Part shown: positions 25,736 through 32,050 of the stretch, piece after piece
Numbering within the stretch: position 1 is the stretch's first letter
Layout: each line of letters begins with the position of its first letter
Source: Flavobacteriaceae bacterium
GTDB lineage: Bacteria; Bacteroidota; Bacteroidia; Flavobacteriales; Flavobacteriaceae
Direction: 5' to 3'
NCBI GenBank assembly: GCA_052031475.1
Contig: JBPEXP010000035.1
Coordinates: 1 to 32,050, forward strand
DNA: 32,050 nt
The notes under the pieces: generated by a model
Database searches by the model: none
What the model saw: the letters and a program-made list of their open reading frames with translations, nothing else
What the model was told of the DNA's origin: nothing
Program-made: the position numbers and the translations under genes

Positions 25736-27538
25736 TTAGCGCCTGAGCGAGAAGTGGTTACTGAGGTATTTAGCCTCTACTCGTTGGCCCTGTGTATCCA
25801 GGTAAGTAAGCTGAAACCAGTAGTCCGTTGAGGGCAATGCACGGCCGTTGAATGTACCGTCCCAACCGCTGCTGTTACCGTCTAATTGCTTGATGAACTT
25901 GCCGTAGCGGTCAAAGACACTGACTATGGGCTCTTCAAGAGTATCGACCCCTTCAATGTGCCAGCGATCATTGGCCCCGTCGCCGTTGGGAGTAAAAAAC
26001 TTGGGATATCCCACTACGGTGATCGTATCACTGACCTGGCCACATCCGTTAAGATCATTGATGGTGATGGTGTGCAGACCTGGGGCTACATCGGTAAATA
26101 TATTGGAGGCCTGAAAGGGTCCTGAATCCAGTTGGTATTCAAAATCACCGCTAACACCGGCTATCACTTCAACGGTATTGCTGTCTTGCAAGCCTTCGAT
26201 CAATACCTCACTAATGGTTGGAGTTAGGGAAACTACCACGTTTATGGAAGCCACCGTGCTGCATGTGAGTCCGGATTGACTGTTGCTGATGGTGAGTTCA
26301 TAGGTTCCTGCTTGGGAAACGGTGATCGACGGACTGCTTTGGCCGCCGTCCCAGCTGTACGTATAGCCGGGATTTGGACTGCTTTCGCCTATCAGTACAC
26401 CACTGCTGTCTTCACATACAAATATTTCTGTAGGGAAGGAGATCATGGGTGATTCTACAACAGTGAGATCAAAACTCTCACTGGCATCATAGCAGTTGGG
26501 ATTGGTGCTGGAAGTTGCCCTGACATAGATCGTTTCCGTTCCCGCAATCAGCGCATATTGGCTGGGGAGGGCGTTTGCACCGCTATTCGCATCTGCTGCA
26601 GATTGATGATAGCTAATCAGTACTTCATCCGGATCTTGTGAACCCAGCGCTTCACCGTCTTTCGAACTCAGGTCGAAATAGCCCAATTCCGAACAGACGG
26701 TTTCATCAGTAATACTTTGAGTTACCGGTGCAATGCTGAATGCCACCTGAACATCACTGATGATATTGCCACTGGCGGTCACCACCTGTACCCGGTACAT
26801 AGCTGAGACCGTAACCGTTAAGGTTGGATTGGTCTCGCCGCTTATAAGTTGAAATCCACTACCTGTATCCCTGTACCAGTTATAGCTAAGCGCGCCGGCC
26901 GTGGTGGCGTCTAATTGTACCGTCTGGTTGTCACATGCGGCCAGGGGCGGTCCCAGTAGATTATTGATGATGGAGCAATCCAGGGCATCGTTCGGATTGG
27001 TGATGAAGATATCCCCGGTAAACTGAATGGAAAAACCCGAATTCGTATTACTGAAATTATTGATCAGCAGGTAGTAGTCCTGTCCGGGTTCAACTTGCAG
27101 CCAATCTTCATAGAGAACGGTACTTGTACTTCCGGTGGGGTCTTCCCCTACACCCATAAATGCTTCTTCATCCTGGTTGTCGAAGAAATTACATCGAACC
27201 GGGTCTCCCAGGTTGTTGCAATCACTGCTCTGGTACAAGGCAAAATCCCAGTCCTCGGAGGTGTCAAATCCAATATTGAAACCCAGTTGTCCCGAGGCAC
27301 CGGTACGGAAGCGGTACCAGGCAGAATTAGACTCTATGGCGCCAGAGAGGGTTTGTTCCAGGCAACCGCTCGTAAAAGCCCCGTTGAAATCATCGATACC
27401 ATAGCCCTGGGTGCCTCCATTGGTTGGTGTATTGTTGCAAATGGGGATGGCATTGGTACAATCAACAGCAATCTGCCCGTAAGACCAAGAGCCACAGAAT
27501 AATAGCGACAGCAATAAGGCAAGGCAGAGCTGTTTCAT
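25736..27538 (-). CDS. T9SS type B sorting domain-containing secreted protein (paralog 2, with extra Ig-like repeats)
   Basis: Signal peptide. The C-terminus is GYPKFFTPNGDGANDRWHI...FDRYGKFI...WDGTFNGRALPSTDYWF...FSLRR. The N-terminal module is collinear with paralog 1. Confidence 0.85.
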   Translation of the reverse strand: MKQLCLALLLSLLFCGSWSYGQIAVDCTNAIPICNNTPTNGGTQGYGIDDFNGAFTSGCLEQTLSGAIESNSAWYRFRTGASGQLGFNIGFDTSEDWDFALYQSSDCNNLGDPVRCNFFDNQDEEAFMGVGEDPTGSTSTVLYEDWLQVEPGQDYYLLINNFSNTNSGFSIQFTGDIFITNPNDALDCSIINNLLGPPLAACDNQTVQLDATTAGALSYNWYRDTGSGFQLISGETNPTLTVTVSAMYRVQVVTASGNIISDVQVAFSIAPVTQSITDETVCSELGYFDLSSKDGEALGSQDPDEVLISYHQSAADANSGANALPSQYALIAGTETIYVRATSSTNPNCYDASESFDLTVVESPMISFPTEIFVCEDSSGVLIGESSPNPGYTYSWDGGQSSPSITVSQAGTYELTISNSQSGLTCSTVASINVVVSLTPTISEVLIEGLQDSNTVEVIAGVSGDFEYQLDSGPFQASNIFTDVAPGLHTITINDLNGCGQVSDTITVVGYPKFFTPNGDGANDRWHIEGVDTLEEPIVSVFDRYGKFIKQLDGNSSGWDGTFNGRALPSTDYWFQLTYLDTQGQRVEAKYLSNHFSLRR

Positions 27539-27644
27539 AAACAGATTCGGGAATTGAGGTACATAAAATTAATTCCGGGCCGCTCTTAACACTAATTTAT
27601 GTTGTGTATTGCCTGAATACGGCCATAAAGTGCCATTTTATGTA

Positions 27645-27652
27645 TATCTTTG
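27645..27652 (+). promoter_or_regulatory. Candidate -7 box (TATCTTTG) for folE
   Basis: TAnnTTTG match 23 nt upstream of the folE ATG. No clear -33 element. Confidence 0.35.
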
Positions 27653-27675
27653 GCCTTTGTTAAAGGCATAAAAGG

Positions 27676-28356
27676 ATGAAATTTGACAGCACCTTGGAAG
27701 AGCGCTTTGAGGCCATGGGAAATGACCATGTCTCCTCATCCGGAGAGACTCCATTGCGCGAAGACGCTTTCGTGTTAAGTGACGAGGATAAAATTGAGCG
27801 CATCAGGGAAAATGTACACGAGATCATGCTGACCCTGGGGCTGGATATGACTGATGATAGCCTTAAAGGCACCCCGGACCGCGTTGCAAAAATGTATGTA
27901 AAAGAATTATTTGGTGGCCTTCATCCTAAGCGCAAACCCAAAGCATCCACTTTTAAGAATAAGTACAAATACGGCGAGATGTTGGTAGAGAAGAACATCA
28001 CGGTACACTCTACCTGCGAACACCACATGCTGCCCATCGTTGGAAAAGCCCACATAGCCTATATTTCAAATGGTACGGTGGTGGGTCTATCAAAGATGAA
28101 CCGCATTGTTGATTACTACGCCAAGAGACCGCAAGTTCAGGAAAGGATGAATATCCAGATCGTCAAGGAGCTGCAGCGGGTCCTCAACACAAAAGATGTG
28201 GCCTGTGTTATAGATGCCAAACATCTATGCGTTAACTCCAGGGGTATCCGCGACGTAGAGAGCAGCACAGTGACGGCCGAATACGGTGGAAAATTTAAAG
28301 AAGAGGCAGTACGCCGGGAATTTTTGGATTACATCAATCTGGACACCAATTTTTAA
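27676..28356 (+). CDS. folE: GTP cyclohydrolase I
   Basis: STCEHHMLPIVGKAHIAY and RPQVQERM motifs. 226 aa. Confidence 0.93.
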   Translation: MKFDSTLEERFEAMGNDHVSSSGETPLREDAFVLSDEDKIERIRENVHEIMLTLGLDMTDDSLKGTPDRVAKMYVKELFGGLHPKRKPKASTFKNKYKYGEMLVEKNITVHSTCEHHMLPIVGKAHIAYISNGTVVGLSKMNRIVDYYAKRPQVQERMNIQIVKELQRVLNTKDVACVIDAKHLCVNSRGIRDVESSTVTAEYGGKFKEEAVRREFLDYINLDTNF

Positions 28357-28370
28357 TCGTCTCCGTCTGA

Positions 28371-29852
28371 ATGCAGCTTTATAAATCCCAGCAGCTCAGA
28401 GTTCACAATTCATTATCCGGTAAAAAGGAGATATTCGAACCCATTAATGAGGGTCATGTAGGCATGTATGTCTGCGGGCCAACCGTCTACAGTAATGTAC
28501 ACTTGGGGAATTGCAGGACTTTTATGTCTTTTGACATGATCTTCCGCTATCTGAAGCACCTCGGTTATAAAGTCCGCTATGTGCGGAATATCACGGATGC
28601 CGGTCATTTGGAAGACGATGCCGGGGAAGGAGAGGATAAAATTGCCAAAAAGGCCCGTTTAGAACAGATAGAACCTATGGAAGTGGTTCAGCGCTATACG
28701 GTAGACTTTCATCAGATCCTTCAAAAATTCAATTTCCTTCCTCCAAGCATAGAACCTACAGCCACGGGCCATATTATCGAGCAAATAGAGATCATCAAGG
28801 ACATCCTGGCCAAAGACCTGGCCTACGAGGTAAACGGTTCTGTTTATTTCGATGTAAAAAAGTTCAACGAACATAACCATTACGGCAAGCTTAGCGGACG
28901 GAAGCTGGAAGACATGATTGCCAATACCCGCGAGTTGACCGCACAGGACGAAAAGAAAAGCCCACAGGACTTCGCGCTCTGGAAAAGAGCAGAACCTCAG
29001 CACATTATGCGCTGGCCCTCTCCCTGGGGCGATGGCTTCCCCGGCTGGCACCTGGAATGCACGGCCATGAGCACTAAATACTTAGGGGAAACCTTTGACA
29101 TACACGGAGGGGGAATGGATTTGAAATTCCCTCACCACGAATGCGAAATTGCCCAGGCTGAAGCTCGATTTAATCAAAGTCCGGTCAAATACTGGCTTCA
29201 TGCCAATATGCTTACCCTAAACGGAAAGAAAATGGCCAAGTCTACCGGGAATAATATTTTGCCGGATGAGATATTCACCGGTGAGAACAATATTCTCAGC
29301 AAGGCCTTTGCCCCTACAGTGGTTCGCTTTTTTATGATGCAGGCCCATTATACCAGTATTCTGGATCTTAGCAATGACGCACTTTTGGCCTCCGAAAAAG
29401 GCTATAATAAATTGATGGAGGCCATAGATAGTATGGACCACCTTCCTGAGGGAGAAAAATCAGATATGGATGTTGAATCGTGGAAGCAGAGTTGCTATGA
29501 CGCCATGAATGACGATTTCAATACGCCGGTACTGATTGCCCAGTTATTTGAGGCGGTCAAACACATCAATCTGATCAAAGAGGCTAAGGAAATGATCAGC
29601 GGGGAAGATCTGGAGACCCTGAAATCTGTTGTGAACAACTTTGTATTTGAAGTTTTAGGCCTGGAAAGAAAGCATGAGAACGATTCGGATTCAAACACAC
29701 TTTCAGGTGTTATAGAACTACTGATTGAACTGCGGAACCAAGCCAGGCTGAATAAAGATTTTGCCACTTCGGATAAGATCCGTGATCAATTGCTGGAATT
29801 GGGAATTCAGTTGAAAGACGGAAAGGAAGGCACCACCTTTAGCCGATCCTGA
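28371..29852 (+). CDS. cysS: Cysteine--tRNA ligase
   Basis: HIGH-type motif (VHLGNCRT), KMSKS-type motif (KMAKS), and [18 protein letters not shown]. 493 aa. Confidence 0.94.
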   Translation: MQLYKSQQLRVHNSLSGKKEIFEPINEGHVGMYVCGPTVYSNVHLGNCRTFMSFDMIFRYLKHLGYKVRYVRNITDAGHLEDDAGEGEDKIAKKARLEQIEPMEVVQRYTVDFHQILQKFNFLPPSIEPTATGHIIEQIEIIKDILAKDLAYEVNGSVYFDVKKFNEHNHYGKLSGRKLEDMIANTRELTAQDEKKSPQDFALWKRAEPQHIMRWPSPWGDGFPGWHLECTAMSTKYLGETFDIHGGGMDLKFPHHECEIAQAEARFNQSPVKYWLHANMLTLNGKKMAKSTGNNILPDEIFTGENNILSKAFAPTVVRFFMMQAHYTSILDLSNDALLASEKGYNKLMEAIDSMDHLPEGEKSDMDVESWKQSCYDAMNDDFNTPVLIAQLFEAVKHINLIKEAKEMISGEDLETLKSVVNNFVFEVLGLERKHENDSDSNTLSGVIELLIELRNQARLNKDFATSDKIRDQLLELGIQLKDGKEGTTFSRS

Positions 29853-29893
29853 CCCCGCTTCAGGTTTTTAACCGGAAGCAGACCAAGCGCCAA

Positions 29894-30115
29894 ATGAGAA
29901 AAATCCTGATAGCACCTTTCATTTTTTTGGTGAGAATTTATCAAAAACTGATCTCGCCCCTACTGCCGGCCAGTTGCAGATATACGCCCACTTGCTCTCA
30001 CTACACCGTGGAGGCTCTTCAAAAACACGGCCTTTTCAAAGGAGGATGGCTGGCTGTAAAACGCATTGCAAGCTGCCATCCGTGGGGAGGCAGCGGATAT
30101 GATCCCGTGCCCTGA
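29894..30115 (+). CDS. yidD: Membrane protein insertion efficiency factor YidD
   Basis: [15 protein letters not shown]...[15 protein letters not shown] in 73 aa. Confidence 0.9.
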   Translation: MRKILIAPFIFLVRIYQKLISPLLPASCRYTPTCSHYTVEALQKHGLFKGGWLAVKRIASCHPWGGSGYDPVP

Positions 30116-30183
30116 TTTTATTTAAAAACCTGCGCCCTACCCCAGATTCTATTTTACTATCTTAGCCCCTCAAAATTTTATCA

Positions 30184-31155
30184 ATGTACTTTCTTGGCAT
30201 TACCTGGAATCCCAACGACACCCTTTTTGCGTTAGGACCTCTGCAAGTCAAATATTACAACCTGCTATGGATCATAGCCTTTGCCGTGGGCTGGTATTTA
30301 ATGAAGCGGATTTTTGACAATGAGCGTAAAACCAGTCAGCAATTAGACGCCCTCTTTATTTACACCGTGGTAGCCACTATGCTGGGTGCACGATTAGGCC
30401 ATGTATTTTTTTACGACTGGGACTATTATAAGGACCACCTGGCAGAAATATTACTGCCCATCCGGGAAAGAACGGGAAGTTCGCTTTTTGGCCTGATCAA
30501 CGGTTATGAGTTTTCAGGATTTAGCGGGCTTGCCAGCCACGGCGCCGCCATTGGTGTCATCATAGGCATGTACCTGCTAACCCGAAAATACAAGGACCTC
30601 AATTTGCTTTGGGTCCTAGACCGGGTGGTCATACCGGTAAGCTTAGGCGCTTTTATGGTCAGGCTGGGAAACTTTTTTAACTCCGAGATCAATGGTAAAG
30701 TCACCGACAGTTCCTTTGCTTTTGCCACCCGCTTTGTAAGGGATTCAGACGATATGCCTGCTTACAGGGCTTTGCAGATCACCGGTGAGGATACAGTGGA
30801 TGCAGCCTATAAGGCCTTGGAACACAAGGCGGAATTTGCCCAATACCTGGAAGCGATCCCGTTCAGACATCCGGCTCAAATGTACGAAGGGGTTGCCTAT
30901 ATATTTGTATTTCTGATCCTGTACTGGTTTTACTGGAAAACGGATTACAAGAATAAAAAAGGTTTTTTATTCGGCCTTTTCCTCATCCTTCTGTGGACAA
31001 TCCGATTCTTTGTCGAGTTTGTTAAAAAGAGCCAGGGCGGTTTTGAAGAATCGCTTGGATTGTTGTCTACGGGCCAGTGGTTAAGCATTCCGTTTATAAT
31101 CATCGGTCTGTACTTTGTATTCAGGCCTTCATCAAATAGCGAAAACAAATCCTGA
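30184..31155 (+). CDS. lgt: Prolipoprotein diacylglyceryl transferase
   Basis: Polytopic membrane protein with GARLGHVFFY and RHPAQMYEG motifs. 323 aa. Confidence 0.88.
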   Translation: MYFLGITWNPNDTLFALGPLQVKYYNLLWIIAFAVGWYLMKRIFDNERKTSQQLDALFIYTVVATMLGARLGHVFFYDWDYYKDHLAEILLPIRERTGSSLFGLINGYEFSGFSGLASHGAAIGVIIGMYLLTRKYKDLNLLWVLDRVVIPVSLGAFMVRLGNFFNSEINGKVTDSSFAFATRFVRDSDDMPAYRALQITGEDTVDAAYKALEHKAEFAQYLEAIPFRHPAQMYEGVAYIFVFLILYWFYWKTDYKNKKGFLFGLFLILLWTIRFFVEFVKKSQGGFEESLGLLSTGQWLSIPFIIIGLYFVFRPSSNSENKS

Positions 31156-31159
31156 TCCA

Positions 31160-31648
31160 ATGAGATCAAATTATATATTGTTCTTTTTTGCTGCCTTATT
31201 GTTGATATCCGGCTGCAAAGAGGCTCCGCCCAAACAGGCCATTGAAACCCCGGAGATCAGTTTTACCAAGGAAGGTGAACTAAGTATCTACAGAGCTGGC
31301 ACCGATTCCCTGCTGGTCAATTTGGATATTGAAATAGCCGATACGGAATACGAAACGCAAACCGGATTGATGTACCGTTCAGGCATGCAGGACAACCAGG
31401 GTATGTTCTTTGTTTTTGAAGAAGCGGGATGGCATTCATTCTATATGAAGAATACGGAGTTTGCCCTGGATATATTCTTTATAGACGAGGATTTCAGGGT
31501 TCGCACCATACGCGAAAACGCCCAGCCACTGGACGAATCCGGTATTTCGTCAGGAGGTCCTATCCAGTATGTGCTGGAAGTAAATGCAGGCTTGCGGGAC
31601 CGTTGGGGAGTTTCAGTGGGCGACAGCCTGGTTTTGGAACGCAAGTAA
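31160..31648 (+). CDS. DUF192 domain lipoprotein
   Basis: The start is set at ATG 31160 (MRSNYILFFFAALLLISGC lipobox). The DUF192-like core is TGLMYRSGM..GMFFVF....MKNTEFALDIFFID. Confidence 0.8.
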   Translation: MRSNYILFFFAALLLISGCKEAPPKQAIETPEISFTKEGELSIYRAGTDSLLVNLDIEIADTEYETQTGLMYRSGMQDNQGMFFVFEEAGWHSFYMKNTEFALDIFFIDEDFRVRTIRENAQPLDESGISSGGPIQYVLEVNAGLRDRWGVSVGDSLVLERK

Positions 31649-31664
31649 TCTTTGAAAACAAAAA

Positions 31665-32050
31665 GTGAACTTATTGTTAGACGGTCAGGAATCTGCACGG
31701 CTTTACTACAGGAAAGTCCGGGAAAGCGACTTTGACTCCTGGCTCCCATTTCATGAAGAACCCAGAAGCATGCAATATTTTGCGGGCGATCCCGGTTCGC
31801 CAGCGGAAGCATGCAGAAAGTGGTTCGACAAAGTTTATCACCGGTACAACAATGGCCTGGGCGGTCTTAACGCCCTGATCTCGAGAGAAAACGGAGAATT
31901 TATTGGTATGTGCGGCTTGCTAATTCAGACCGTTGATGGCATAGAGGAGCTGGAGATCGGATATTCCATCCTCCCCAAATTCTGGGGCAAAGGCTATGCC
32001 AGTGAAGCAGCTATCAGGTGCCGGCTGTTTGCCGAAGAAAATCAATTACG
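31665..32050 (+). CDS. GNAT family N-acetyltransferase (RimJ/RimL-like). The N-terminal 128 codons are in the window and the gene continues beyond it.
   Basis: The frame is open from GTG 31665 to the window edge. It encodes ...FIGMCGLLIQTVDGIEELEIGYSILPKFWGKGYASEAA. The GTG start is inferred, and TTG 31674 is also possible. Confidence 0.7.
   Translation, partial: MNLLLDGQESARLYYRKVRESDFDSWLPFHEEPRSMQYFAGDPGSPAEACRKWFDKVYHRYNNGLGGLNALISRENGEFIGMCGLLIQTVDGIEELEIGYSILPKFWGKGYASEAAIRCRLFAEENQL

Noticed and set aside
27539-27675. Possible riboswitch (THF, preQ1 or ZTP type) upstream of folE
   Set aside because: The region is only 137 nt and is shared with a divergent gene. I see no conserved stems or known riboswitch core motifs. 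A -7 box 23 nt from the ATG leaves almost no leader.

Overview
This is a chromosomal segment from a Bacteroidota genome, most likely Flavobacteriia. Three things support that assignment: T9SS type B sorting domains, a DUF4293 gene divergent from rho, and recurrent TAnnTTTG -7 promoter boxes. I call 32 CDS (two truncated by the window edges) and one tRNA-Glu. I found no transposase, integrase, CRISPR array or rRNA.

Most genes are housekeeping: clpS, prmA, tpiA, folP, cdaA, truA, rho, rpsT, proS, folE, cysS, yidD, lgt and an MsbA-like ABC exporter. A small sugar-uptake cluster without SusC/SusD (MFS sugar porter, GH2-type TIM-barrel hydrolase, large unknown protein) sits at the left edge.

The most unusual locus is 21307-24155. 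It encodes a predicted lipoprotein with three compositionally opposite low-complexity blocks: acidic/Tyr-rich, a (GWGWGYP)n Gly/Trp array, and a very Arg/Ser/Gly/Tyr-rich tail. A FadL/PorV-like outer-membrane beta-barrel follows 32 nt downstream. The pair lies convergent to two tandem paralogous T9SS type B cargo genes that share a six-Cys N-terminal module.

Secondary points of interest:
- cdaA is translationally coupled to a zinc-ribbon membrane protein.
- A MauE/DoxX-like protein with a CGC motif is fused to a Cys-less thioredoxin-like domain.
- Rho carries a long Q/K/S-rich insertion behind a 322-nt AT-rich leader.
- Heptamer repeats flank tRNA-Glu.
- An SDR-like protein lacks YxxxK.

All family assignments come from motifs read by eye. 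No database search was run.
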